64,000 bases of DNA, from NCBI GenBank assembly GCA_965227655.1, contig OZ245765.1:2393724-2457723 (forward strand), in the 5' to 3' direction. Positions 10,301 through 18,814 of the stretch are shown one piece after another. The first letter of the stretch is position 1; each line of letters starts with the position of its first letter. This stretch comes from Rhodoglobus sp. (lineage in GTDB: Bacteria; Actinomycetota; Actinomycetes; Actinomycetales; Microbacteriaceae). The notes beneath the pieces were generated by a model. That model searched no databases and was not told where the DNA came from. It was given only the letters and a program-made list of their open reading frames with translations. The position numbers and the translations under genes are program-made.

Positions 10301-11920
10301 GCGGTCGGGGATGGTTCCGCCCGACGTCACTGCGAGCCGCTGCGATCCGGGCCGACCGGTGATGGTGCCGCCCACGCGGTCCCACACGATGCGCGGCCTC
10401 AGCTCGGCGAACTCGTCGCTCGGGTAGAGACCGCTGAGGAGGTCGAGAGTAGCGTCGTAGGCGCTGCGGGGCAGTGTCGCGAACGGCGCGCTGCGGCGCA
10501 CGGTGTCGAACCACTCCTCCACATCGATGCCCTCGAGCGCCGTCGCTGCAACGGTCTGCTGCGCGAGCACGTCGAGCGGGTTCGCGGGCACCGCTATCGA
10601 CTCGATCTGGCCCGACTTCATGCGCTCGACGGCGACAGTCGTGTGGATGAGGTCGGTGCGGTGCTTCGGGAACAGCACGCCCTTCGATATCTCGCCGACC
10701 TGGTGACCGGCCCGCCCGATGCGCTGGAGCCCGGATGCCACAGACGGCGGTGACTCGACCTGGATCACCAGATCGACAGCACCCATGTCGATGCCCAGCT
10801 CGAGCGAGCTTGTCGCCACGACGCAGCGCAGACGGCCGGACTTCAGGTCGTCCTCGATGGTCGCCCGCTGTTCTTTCGAGACCGAGCCGTGGTGGGCTCG
10901 CGCGAGGAGGGGAGCCGCTCCCGCGGTCGCGCCGGCTTGTGCCATCATCTGGGCGGGTGGTGCGTCAGACCGCCCGGCCGGGACGAGCTCCATCCGCTCC
11001 TCGTAGATCTCGTTCAACCGCGCCGTGAGCCGCTCGGCAAGCCGCCGCGAGTTCGCGAACACGATGGTCGACCGGTGCTCGAGAATCTCGTCTACGATGC
11101 GCTCCTCGACGTGCGGCCAGATCGAACCCGTGGCCTCCGGTGACATGCCGGTATCGCCCACGCCCTCCCTCGGTGCGACGACTCCGGGCTCGGTCATGTC
11201 GTCCACGGGAACCACGACCGAGAGGTCGAACGTCTTGGCGGCGGGCGGCTGCACGATCGTCACGGGGGCTCGGCCCCCGAGGAAGCGCGCAACCTCCTCA
11301 AGCGGACGCACCGTGGCGGAGAGGCCGATGCGCTGTGCGGGGGTCGCGAGGAGAGCATCCAGTCGCTCGAGGGAGACCGCAAGGTGCGCGCCGCGCTTGG
11401 TGGCGGCGACGGCGTGCACTTCGTCGATGATGACCGTCTCGACCCCGAGGAGGGTCTCGCGCGCGGCCGACGTGAGCATGAGGTACAGCGACTCGGGTGT
11501 CGTGATGAGGATGTCGGGCGGCGTGCGCGCGAGCAGGCGCCTGTCGCCAGGAGTGGTGTCGCCCGACCGCACACCCACCGTGACGGACGGCACGGGAACC
11601 CCGAGGCGTCGGGCCGTCTGGGTGACGCCCACGAGCGGCGCGCGGAGATTGCGCTCGACGTCGACGCCGAGAGCCTTCAGCGGGGAGATGTAGAGCACAC
11701 GCGTGCGGTGCCGCGGATCATCCGGCGCGGGCGTCGACGCCAACTGGTCGATGGCCCACAAGAACGCCGCGAGAGTCTTGCCCGAGCCGGTCGGGGCCAC
11801 GACGAGCGCGTGCGAGCCCGACGACACGGCCTCCCACGCCCCGAGCTGTGCCGGGGTTGCCGCCGCGAAGGCGCCCGAGAACCACTCCCGCGTGGCGGGG
11901 GAGAAGCGGTCGAGCACCAT
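7346..11920 (-). CDS. lhr: Lhr ATP-dependent helicase (long form)
   Basis: APTGSGKT, DEVH, SAT, AHHGS, LELGIDMG, QRIGRAGH, Lhr C-terminal region; lhr-nei pairing known in actinobacteria. Confidence 0.95.
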   Translation of the reverse strand: MVLDRFSPATREWFSGAFAAATPAQLGAWEAVSSGSHALVVAPTGSGKTLAAFLWAIDQLASTPAPDDPRHRTRVLYISPLKALGVDVERNLRAPLVGVTQTARRLGVPVPSVTVGVRSGDTTPGDRRLLARTPPDILITTPESLYLMLTSAARETLLGVETVIIDEVHAVAATKRGAHLAVSLERLDALLATPAQRIGLSATVRPLEEVARFLGGRAPVTIVQPPAAKTFDLSVVVPVDDMTEPGVVAPREGVGDTGMSPEATGSIWPHVEERIVDEILEHRSTIVFANSRRLAERLTARLNEIYEERMELVPAGRSDAPPAQMMAQAGATAGAAPLLARAHHGSVSKEQRATIEDDLKSGRLRCVVATSSLELGIDMGAVDLVIQVESPPSVASGLQRIGRAGHQVGEISKGVLFPKHRTDLIHTTVAVERMKSGQIESIAVPANPLDVLAQQTVAATALEGIDVEEWFDTVRRSAPFATLPRSAYDATLDLLSGLYPSDEFAELRPRIVWDRVGGTITGRPGSQRLAVTSGGTIPDRGLFGVFMVGSAATPGAPGRRVGELDEEMVYESRVGDVFALGTTSWRIEEITHDQVLVSPAFGQPGKVPFWKGDGLGRPAELGAAIGSFVREIASGGDVRGRLADIGLDERAANNLIALVAEQKASTGQVPTDTTLVVERFRDELGDWRVVLHSPYGMPVHAPWALAVTARVRDRLGVDGAAMAGDDGIVVRIPDTDAEPPGAELFAFEREELEAIVTEEVGGSALFAARFRECAARALLLPRRDPGRRSPLWQQRQRASQLLDVARRYPTFPIVLETVREVLQDVYDLPALSALTTQLETRKVRMVETETEVPSPFARSLLFGYVAAFMYEGDSPLAERRAAALSLDPTLLAELLGRAELRELLDPAVLEQTELELQRLTPERKARDAEGVIDLLRMLGPLTLDELVARTAVAPADVEDDARGQGSITEWLDHLQRANRALRVTIAGTLHWAAVEDAARLRDALGVPLPIGVPAAFIEPVDDPVGDLVSRYARTHGPFTVQDAATRFGLGTAVVTDTLRRLAADRRVVDGEFRPGSSGTEWCSVEVLRRLRSRSLAALRQEVEPVDVATLGRFLPAWQSVGGTLRGVDGLAQVIDQLAGVSLPASAWESLVFPARLTNYSPAWLDELTTTGEVIWSGNGVLPGSDGWVSFHLADTARLTLPEPSGDETTELQRSILEAMAGGGAYFFRQLGQAIGSTDDKALNAALWELVWAGLITNDTLSPLRSYLGGPAATPRTRSYRGRSSSLRVAQSGPPTGGGRWSLLPLAEGDTTVRAKAMAESLLERHGVVTRGAVVSEGIRGGFALAYKVLSGFEEIGRARRGYFVEGLGAAQFATSATVDRLRSYARDAEAAPALEALTLAATDPANPFGAALAWPATPEIEATASTDTGKRGHRPGRKAGALVVLVDGMLVLYVERGGKTLLTFTSEEQVLRAAAASLAATVRSRLGKLRVERVDGEFSIGSPLGLLLAEAGFAPTPQGLRLRA

Positions 11921-11984
11921 CCGCCTATCTTCCCCCGAGCAGCCGTCATCCGGGCGGGGTTGCGCTCTAGGCGAGCGGCCGCAG

Positions 11985-12611
11985 CTACACCCGGTCGCGC
12001 AGGAACGTCACGAAGTCCATGAGCATGGGCGCTGAGATCGCGTGGCCCAGGTCTTCGTAGATGCGGATCGTCGCGTCGGCGTGCTCGGGCAGCCATTCGG
12101 CGGTGCGCGTGACCGCCTCCGCGGGGATCACCGCGTCTGCCGTGCCGCGACCCCAGAACACCGCGGGCTTCACGACGGCGAGCTGGGCATCACCGGGGTG
12201 GTCGCCGGATGCCACGAAGCCCGCGATGGCGACGGTGGCGGTGAAACGCTCCGGGGCGTGGCGCAGGAGCTGCAGCGCGAGCGCCGCCCCCTGCGAGAAG
12301 CCGATGAGCGACACGGACGTGAATTCGAGGGTGTCGAGCCAGTCGATGACCGCGGCGGCAGCCTCATCCACCCGCTCGGAGGGCGGGTTGCCCGTGGGGC
12401 TGTCGAAACGGCTCCACCAGGCCCAACCGCCGTTCTCGGCGAGCGGGGCGCGCAGCGACGCGACGACGGGGCCGAGCGGTAGGCCGGGTGACATTCCGAA
12501 CAGGTCGCCCTCGTGCGAGCCGTATCCGTGCAGTAGCAGGAGCAGCGGGCGGCCCGCGCGCTCGCGCTCGGGGGCTGACCAGAGGATTGCCGAGGCGTCG
12601 AGCTGCATCAT
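11985..12611 (-). CDS. Phospholipase/carboxylesterase alpha/beta hydrolase
   Basis: LLHGYGS, GFSQGA nucleophile elbow, GTAD, GH. Confidence 0.9.
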   Translation of the reverse strand: MMQLDASAILWSAPERERAGRPLLLLLHGYGSHEGDLFGMSPGLPLGPVVASLRAPLAENGGWAWWSRFDSPTGNPPSERVDEAAAAVIDWLDTLEFTSVSLIGFSQGAALALQLLRHAPERFTATVAIAGFVASGDHPGDAQLAVVKPAVFWGRGTADAVIPAEAVTRTAEWLPEHADATIRIYEDLGHAISAPMLMDFVTFLRDRV

Positions 12612-12641
12612 CCCAGCCTAGATCGTAGGTAACAATGGACC

Positions 12642-13187
12642 ATGAGCTCCGTTGGTACGCCTGACCCCGACCCGAATCCCGGATGGCTGTCTGAGGACGA
12701 GCTCGCCGAGACCCGCAAGCACCTGCCCCTCCTGTACGTCGAGGCGGTTCCGGTGCGCGTCGACGGCCTCGGGCGCGTCATCGAGGTAGGGATGCTCCTG
12801 CGCGCGAACGACGGCGAGATCACACGCACGCTCGTCTCGGGCCGCGTCATGTACGGCGAGACCTTGCGCGACGCACTGTTCCGCCACCTCGAGAAAGACC
12901 TCGGGCCGATGGCCTTCCCGCTGCTGCCCGCGTCGCCCGTGCCCTTCTCCGTGGCCGAGTATTTCCCGTGGCCGAGCGACAGCCAGTTCATGGATGCTCG
13001 CCAGCACGCCGTCTCGCTGGCGTACGTCGTCCCGATCACGGGCACGTGCGAACCGCGCCAGGACGCACTCGAAGTGACGTGGCTGCGGCCGGCCGACGCC
13101 GCATCGGAGTCGGTGACCGCCGACATGGAGGGCGGCCGTGGAGCGCTGCTGCGCGCCGCGCTCGCGTCGGTGGGGGTTCTGCCCTAG
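12642..13187 (+). CDS. NUDIX-fold protein (DUF4916-like)
   Basis: LVSGRVMYGETLRDALFRHLEKDLG; CEPRQDAL. Confidence 0.85.
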   Translation: MSSVGTPDPDPNPGWLSEDELAETRKHLPLLYVEAVPVRVDGLGRVIEVGMLLRANDGEITRTLVSGRVMYGETLRDALFRHLEKDLGPMAFPLLPASPVPFSVAEYFPWPSDSQFMDARQHAVSLAYVVPITGTCEPRQDALEVTWLRPADAASESVTADMEGGRGALLRAALASVGVLP

Positions 13188-13801
13188 CCCGCGAGGTCGC
13201 TCGCTCGTCCGGGGATCGTGTCCTCGAGAACCGGCCACTCGCGCACCGTGAAGCGGCCGGGGGCGGGCTCGAGGTTGAGCGCCGAGATGTAGAGGTCGAG
13301 CCCCTCGCGGAAGATGCGGTCGGCGCTCACGATGTTCATCGAGCCGGCCATCGCCGCGGATCCGACCGTGTACGACAGCAGCACGCCGACATAGTCGGTG
13401 GCGAGCTCCGGGTTGCTGGATGCCCGGCGGAACAGCTCGCCCAGGTCGCGGCGCAGGCGCGCGAGCTCGGCGCTGCGGTTGGTGCGGTCGAGCAGGTGGG
13501 CGGCGAGGCCCGGACGCGCCACGAGGCAGTTCCAGAGCGCGCGCATCACGAGCTCCACCTTGTTCTGGCTCGTGCCCGCCTCGGGCATGGCGATGCGGGC
13601 GAGCTCCAGATCGAGCACGGCGTCGGCGAGGTCGCCGCGGTCCTCGACGTGGCTGTACAGCGAGTTCGGGGCGACACCGAGCACCTCGGCGACCCTGCGC
13701 ATCGTCACGGCGCTGAATCCTTCGAGCACGAGCAGATCGTGGGCTGCGCGCGCCACATCTTCTCGGATCAGTCCCGCTCGGGTTCCGCGACCTCGTCCCA
13801 T
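13184..13801 (-). CDS. TetR/AcrR family regulator
   Basis: EGFSAVTMRRVAEVLGVAPNSLYSHV HTH. Confidence 0.92.
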   Translation of the reverse strand: MGRGRGTRAGLIREDVARAAHDLLVLEGFSAVTMRRVAEVLGVAPNSLYSHVEDRGDLADAVLDLELARIAMPEAGTSQNKVELVMRALWNCLVARPGLAAHLLDRTNRSAELARLRRDLGELFRRASSNPELATDYVGVLLSYTVGSAAMAGSMNIVSADRIFREGLDLYISALNLEPAPGRFTVREWPVLEDTIPGRASDLAG

Positions 13802-13824
13802 GCCGCAACCGTACGGTGTGCGGC
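13802..13824. promoter_or_regulatory. Palindromic operator overlapping the -10 box of leaderless tetR
   Basis: GCCGCA-ACCGTACGGT-G-TGCGGC; minus-strand TACGGT 6 nt before ATG. Confidence 0.5.
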
Positions 13825-13910
13825 CCCAATCGCACGGCGTCCAATACGGCGTGTTGAGCGGATGCGCTCGCCGCAGTAGCCCGCTCGCGCCCGCCCGCGC
13901 CCCCGCTGTG

Positions 13911-13973
13911 CCGCGAGAGTGCAGTTGCGCACAGTGTCCGGCCTCGCGACTGTGCCCTGCTGCACTCTCGCGG
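13911..13973. repeat. Long intergenic inverted repeat (REP-like stem-loop)
   Basis: Perfect 14-bp arms CCGCGAGAGTGCAG / CTGCACTCTCGCGG plus inner 7-bp GCACAGT / ACTGTGC. Confidence 0.7.
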
Positions 13974-14000
13974 GGTGCAGTCGCACTCGCGCGGAACGCA

Positions 14001-14030
14001 CGAACGGCGCCCCCTCAGGGACGCCGTTCG
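14001..14030 (-). terminator. Intrinsic terminator-like hairpin after the DEAD helicase
   Basis: CGAACGGCG...CGCCGTTCG stem about 20 nt past the stop codon. Confidence 0.6.
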
Positions 14031-14048
14031 GTGAGTGGAGCGTGGTGC

Positions 14049-15587
14049 CTAGCGGCCGCGGTTGTTCGCGCGCACGACCTGGCCGACGCGGATGGGGCCA
14101 CCGGAGGACTGCGCGCGGCCCTTGCCGCCGCGCGGACGCGAGGGCCCCTGCTCGGCGCGTGCGGGCTGTGCTGCGCGCTCGGTGCGGTCGGGGGAGCGGC
14201 GCTCGCCGGTCACTGCCGCGCGGCCGGTGCCGGTCGCTGCTGCCGGACGACCCTGCGCGGGGCGACCCGAGCGGTCGCGGCGGGGTGCGCCGTCACGGGC
14301 CGGAGCACCGTCGCGGTTGGCGCGCTTGCGCTGAGCATTGGCGCCCTGCGAGCGTCCGCCCTGCGACTGGCCGCGAGCGGGCTCGGCGGCGCGGGGCGCG
14401 GGCTTCACGTAGGCGGCGACATCCCCGACAAGCGCGGTAACGGCGGCGGATGTCGCGGTGACGTGCTGCGGCGTGACCGTGATCTCGGCCTTGCGCAGCA
14501 GCGCTGCGGTGTCTTTGCGCTGGGCGGGCAGCACGATCGTGACGACCTCGCCCTCCTTGCCGGCGCGGGCGGTGCGGCCCGAGCGGTGCAGGTACGCCTT
14601 GTGCTCGGCAGGCGGGTCGACGTGGATCACGAGCTCGATGTCATCCACGTGAACACCGCGGGCGGCGACATCGGTGGCGACGAGAACGCGGGTCTCACCC
14701 GAGGCGAACGAGGCGAGGTTGCGGTCGCGGGCGACCTGCGAGAGGTTGCCGTGCAGGTCCACCGACGGGATACCCGCGTCGGTGAGCTGCTTGGCGAGCT
14801 TCTTGGCGTGGTGCTTCGTGCGCATGAACAGGATGCGGCGGCCGGTGCCCGAGGCGAGCATCCGCACCAGCTCGTTCTTCTCGTCGACGCCGGCGACCTC
14901 GAACACGTGGTGCGTCATCGCGGCGACGTGGCTGTTGGCCTCATCGACGGAGTGCAGCACCTCGTTGTGGAGGTAGCGCTTGACGAGCTTGTCCACACCG
15001 TTGTCGAGCGTGGCGCTGAAGAGCAGGCGCTGGCCGTTCTGCGGGGTCTTGTCCATGATGCGCGTGACGACCGGCAGGAAGCCGAGGTCGGCCATGTGGT
15101 CGGCCTCGTCGAGCACGGTGATCTCGATGGCGTCGAGGTGGGCGAATCCCTGCTTCATGAGGTCTTCGAGGCGGCCGGGGCAGGCGACGACGATGTCGAC
15201 GCCGGCCTTGAGCGCTGCGACCTGGCGGTTCTGCGAGACGCCTCCGAAGATCGTGGTGATGGTGAGACCGTACGCGGTGGCGAGCGGCTCCATGGCGGCG
15301 GTGATCTGCGTGGCGAGCTCACGGGTGGGGGCGAGGACGAGGCCGAGGGGACGACCGGCGCGGCGCTTGCCACCGGCGAGTGCGCCGCCGAGGCGGGCGA
15401 CCATGGGGATGGAGAAGGCGAGGGTCTTGCCCGAGCCGGTCTTTCCGCGGCCGAGCACGTCCTTGCCGGCGAGGGTGTCGGGGAGCGTGTCGACCTGGAT
15501 CGGGAACGGCTCGGTGATGCCGTTGGCGCCGAGGGCGGCAACGATGGGGGCGGGCACGCCGAGCGTGCTGAAGATGTTGTCAGTCAT
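14049..15587 (-). CDS. DEAD-box RNA helicase (RhlE/DeaD-like)
   Basis: PFPIQ, GKTGSGKT, PTRELA, LDEAD, FSAT, HRSGRTAR; Arg/Gly-rich tail; start trimmed to MTDNIF. Confidence 0.95.
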   Translation of the reverse strand: MTDNIFSTLGVPAPIVAALGANGITEPFPIQVDTLPDTLAGKDVLGRGKTGSGKTLAFSIPMVARLGGALAGGKRRAGRPLGLVLAPTRELATQITAAMEPLATAYGLTITTIFGGVSQNRQVAALKAGVDIVVACPGRLEDLMKQGFAHLDAIEITVLDEADHMADLGFLPVVTRIMDKTPQNGQRLLFSATLDNGVDKLVKRYLHNEVLHSVDEANSHVAAMTHHVFEVAGVDEKNELVRMLASGTGRRILFMRTKHHAKKLAKQLTDAGIPSVDLHGNLSQVARDRNLASFASGETRVLVATDVAARGVHVDDIELVIHVDPPAEHKAYLHRSGRTARAGKEGEVVTIVLPAQRKDTAALLRKAEITVTPQHVTATSAAVTALVGDVAAYVKPAPRAAEPARGQSQGGRSQGANAQRKRANRDGAPARDGAPRRDRSGRPAQGRPAAATGTGRAAVTGERRSPDRTERAAQPARAEQGPSRPRGGKGRAQSSGGPIRVGQVVRANNRGR

Positions 15588-15782
15588 GAGTGATTTCTGG
15601 AGCATGCGGGAACCCATGCATATTCACGGGATTCCAGCTGAATGGCGAAGGTGGCGATGGCCACATCCGTTCGCCGGAGAAGTTATTGACCTAAGCCAAG
15701 GGAAGCGTTCTACGACGCAGGGAGACCGTCATGGTCTCGCAAGATGGCTCAACCCTAGCAGACGGCCCTGTGGGGTGCTCCG

Positions 15783-16397
15783 CTAGTGCGCCCCCGAGTA
15801 CCGCTCCCCGACGGGGATCTCCACAGCGACGCGATTGCCCGGCTGCGCGAGAGGACACGCCCAGGCGGGGTCGTAGGCGCACGAGGGGTTGTACGCGAAG
15901 TTGAAGTCGAGCACGAGCGAATCCGGAGCATGACCGGGGCCGAGGTCGGCGCCCTTCACGGTGTCGAGCAGGTAGCGCCCGCCGCCGTAGGTGCCGCCGG
16001 GCTTTCCCGCCAGGGCGTCTTTGACGGGGAGGAAGATGCCGCCGCCGTAGGAGGCGAGTCGCCACACGTCGAGCGGGCCCACGCCCGGAACGTCGGCGAT
16101 GCCGATGAGCTCGAACGGCACGACGCCGTCGGTCCCCGTCTCGACCTCGATGCGGCGCGGCTCGGCGGGCGTGAGAGCGACCTCGAACCGCCACGCCGGG
16201 TCGTAGGGACGCACGGGGAGTCCGGTGAACTGGGCGCGGTCATCCGGAAGGAGAGGGGTTGACGGATGGTTCGCGAACAGGTCGTCGCGCTCGCGGCGCC
16301 ACAGGTCGTGCGCGGCGTAGAGGTCAGTCGCCTCCCGCACGCGCTCGTAGACGGAGAAGACGCGGCGGCGCCAGTCGGCGACCTCGAGGGCGGTCAT
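15783..16397 (-). CDS. DUF1684 family protein
   Basis: DWRRRV, TYGGGRYLLD, LDFNFAYNPSCAYDPAWACPL. Confidence 0.9.
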   Translation of the reverse strand: MTALEVADWRRRVFSVYERVREATDLYAAHDLWRRERDDLFANHPSTPLLPDDRAQFTGLPVRPYDPAWRFEVALTPAEPRRIEVETGTDGVVPFELIGIADVPGVGPLDVWRLASYGGGIFLPVKDALAGKPGGTYGGGRYLLDTVKGADLGPGHAPDSLVLDFNFAYNPSCAYDPAWACPLAQPGNRVAVEIPVGERYSGAH

Positions 16398-16858
16398 CGC
16401 CAGCCCTTCGCGAGGCGCTTGATCTGCACGGCGCGCCACTGCCAGAACGCCCAGATGCCCGGCCACACGGCGAGGCTCACGGGCTCCGCGTCGAAGAGCA
16501 GCCTGTCGCGGAACAGCGTGCGACCGTCTTTCGTGGGCGACACCGCCATGGTGTGGTGCCAGTAGCTGATCACCGACAGTGCCCCGGATGCGCCCTGCCC
16601 GGTGTCGTGCACGAACCGCACGTCGCCACGCTCGGTGAAGGTCAGGTCGACGACCTGCGTGCCGACCGGGATCACCCCCAGCAGCGATGCGGCTACCGGA
16701 TGCTCCGCCTGGGTCCAGCTCGCGGGAAAGCCCTCGGGCTCGAGCGACCTGAACGACATCAGCGGCCCGGCGACGGCGCGGAACACCTCGGGACTGCGCA
16801 GGGCGCGCCAGGCGACATCCGGCGTGCAGTCGAGTTCTTGCTTGAGCATGACGTGCAT
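16394..16858 (-). CDS. Hypothetical protein, probable SRPBCC/START-like fold
   Basis: ELDCTPDVAWRAL...WHHTMAVSP...TLFRDRL; ATGA overlap with DUF1684. Confidence 0.65.
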   Translation of the reverse strand: MHVMLKQELDCTPDVAWRALRSPEVFRAVAGPLMSFRSLEPEGFPASWTQAEHPVAASLLGVIPVGTQVVDLTFTERGDVRFVHDTGQGASGALSVISYWHHTMAVSPTKDGRTLFRDRLLFDAEPVSLAVWPGIWAFWQWRAVQIKRLAKGWR

Positions 16859-16894
16859 ATGTCCATCATCGGTGGTCGGGGCTAGGAATGAGCC

Positions 16895-17323
16895 ATGAAG
16901 AATTGGTTGTGTGTGGTTCAGCGTGAGCATGTGCTGCGCGGGATAACTCTCGGAATAGTGCAGACCAACCACGGGGTGCGGTCGGGCATCCAGCGGATGT
17001 CGCCCGGAGACGGGCTCGTGTTCTACTCGCCCAAGACCGCCTATCCGGAGGGCGACCCGCTCAAGCAGTTCACGGGCATCGGGGTGGTGACCGACGGCGA
17101 GCCCTGGCAGGAGGACGAGGGCGAGTTCCATCCGTGGCGCCGCAAGGTGCACTTCGAGAAGGCCGCTGTCGCGACCCCCATCGCGCCCCTGCTCGATGTG
17201 CTCGAGCTCACGCGCGGGAACAGCAACTGGGGCTTCGTCATGCGGCGCGGGCAGCTCGAGATTTCCCAGCATGACTTCGACGTGATCGCACGCGAGATGC
17301 AGGCCGGTAGCCTCGTACGGTGA
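16895..17323 (+). CDS. EVE domain protein (PUA-like)
   Basis: WLCVV...HG...RMSPGDGLVFYSP...FTGIG...WRRKV. Confidence 0.88.
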   Translation: MKNWLCVVQREHVLRGITLGIVQTNHGVRSGIQRMSPGDGLVFYSPKTAYPEGDPLKQFTGIGVVTDGEPWQEDEGEFHPWRRKVHFEKAAVATPIAPLLDVLELTRGNSNWGFVMRRGQLEISQHDFDVIAREMQAGSLVR

Positions 17324-17856
17324 CTTCGCCGCGCAACCAGCCCCAGTACCAGATCCGTTTCGACTGGGGGGTCGACGGTGCCAACGCGATCGCGCCCGGT
17401 GCCCACATCGTCGTCTGGGCGGATGCTCTCGCCCACGGCCCCGCCGACCCGCTGTCCATCACCCACGACAATGCGATCATCACGGGCAGCGTCGGGTCGC
17501 GGAAGGCCATCGCCGCCTGGGTGCTGGAGCGCCAGGTCGAGCTCGGCGACCGTGCGACGGTCGCCGTGGTGGCGGCGGGCGGCCCCGACGGCCGTTTCGC
17601 TGTCGAAGACCTGCTCGCCGCGGGGGCTGTGATCGACGCGCTCGCCGAGGTCGGCATCGACTACATCTCGCCGGAGGCCGCCGCGGCGGTCGGCGCCTAC
17701 ACAGGTCTGCTCTATGCCACGGGCCACGTACTCTCGGCGAGCGTGACCGGCCAGGAGATCATCGCGGCTGACGGCCGCGGGCCGATCGATGCCGCGCGCT
17801 CGCACAACGATGCCCCCGAGTTCACGGTCCTGAAGGAATTCAGGCTCCCGGCGTAG
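17320..17856 (+). CDS. 2-phosphosulfolactate phosphatase (ComB)-like protein, short form
   Basis: QYQIRFDWG, RFAVEDLLAAGAVI, SPEAAAA. Confidence 0.7.
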   Translation: MTSPRNQPQYQIRFDWGVDGANAIAPGAHIVVWADALAHGPADPLSITHDNAIITGSVGSRKAIAAWVLERQVELGDRATVAVVAAGGPDGRFAVEDLLAAGAVIDALAEVGIDYISPEAAAAVGAYTGLLYATGHVLSASVTGQEIIAADGRGPIDAARSHNDAPEFTVLKEFRLPA

Positions 17857-17892
17857 CGTTGGCTCCAGCAGGACAACCTACGGAGGAGCACC

Positions 17893-18195
17893 ATGAAGGC
17901 AGTACTGGGCGACACGGTCATCGCTGAAGCACCCAAGGAAGACCTCATCTCGATCGAGGGCAACTGGTACTTCCCGCCGTCGAGCGTGAAGAGCGAGTAC
18001 CTCGTCGAGAGCTCGACCCCGTACACCTGCCCGTGGAAGGGCGAGTGCCAGTACTTTTCCGTGAAAGACGGAGACGCCGTGCTGCAGGACCGCGCATGGA
18101 GCTACCCCACCCCGTACCCGACCGCGTTCGACCGCGTCGGCAAGGACTTCTCCAACTACGTCGCCTTCTGGAAAGAAGTGAAGGTCACCGACTAG
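17893..18195 (+). CDS. DUF427 family protein
   Basis: IEGNWYFPP, TCPWKG, AWSYPTP, NYVAFW. Confidence 0.92.
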   Translation: MKAVLGDTVIAEAPKEDLISIEGNWYFPPSSVKSEYLVESSTPYTCPWKGECQYFSVKDGDAVLQDRAWSYPTPYPTAFDRVGKDFSNYVAFWKEVKVTD

Positions 18196-18199
18196 CCGT

Positions 18200-18793
18200 C
18201 TAGGCCTTCGTGCGGTGCTTGCGCACCTTCGCGCGGTTGCCGCAGCGCTGCATCGAGCACCAGCGGCGGTTGTTGGAGCGGGACTCGTCGTAGAACACGA
18301 GGGCGCAGTCGGCGGCCGCGCACTCGCGGATGCGTTCCCGCTCCTCAGACGAGAACAGCTCGACGGCTTCGCGCGCCATGACGGAGAGGGCCTGGCCCAC
18401 TCGGGCTCGTGAGCGGCCGGCCTGGCGGCGTCCGCCGGCGAGCACGGGCGGGATGTCCGGCGTCGCGGCGAAGAGGTTGATGATGTCGACGTCGTCGCCA
18501 GACGGGTCGTGCCCCCTGCTGAAGGCCGTGGCCGATCGGGCGATCGCTGCACGCAGGGCGAGGGCATCCGTGAGCTCGCGCTCGCCCGCGGTCGTGTCGA
18601 CGTCGTCGAAGCGCTCGTCGAGCCAGGCGGTGAGATCGGATGCCGCGCGCAGGCTCTCCCACGCGGGGTTCTCGCCCATCGCCCCGGTGTAGGCGAAGTC
18701 GAGGCTGAGCGCCCCCGAGTCGAACCACCAGCGGTGGCCGTCGCCGGAGAGGAACCATTGGCCCGTGGGGCGGGCGTCAGTCGGGTGTCGCAC
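18200..18793 (-). CDS. CGNR zinc finger / ABATE domain protein
   Basis: LSLDFAYT; CAAADCALVFYDESRSNNRRWCSMQRCGNRAKV; GTG start at 18793. Confidence 0.92.
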   Translation of the reverse strand: MRHPTDARPTGQWFLSGDGHRWWFDSGALSLDFAYTGAMGENPAWESLRAASDLTAWLDERFDDVDTTAGERELTDALALRAAIARSATAFSRGHDPSGDDVDIINLFAATPDIPPVLAGGRRQAGRSRARVGQALSVMAREAVELFSSEERERIRECAAADCALVFYDESRSNNRRWCSMQRCGNRAKVRKHRTKA

Positions 18794-18814
18794 GTAACCA
18801 CTATAGTGGGTTAC
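18794..18814. promoter_or_regulatory. 21-bp near-palindromic bidirectional leaderless promoter/operator
   Basis: GTAACCACTATAGTGGGTTAC fills the whole intergenic space; TATAGT on both strands, 6-7 nt before each start codon. Confidence 0.6.
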
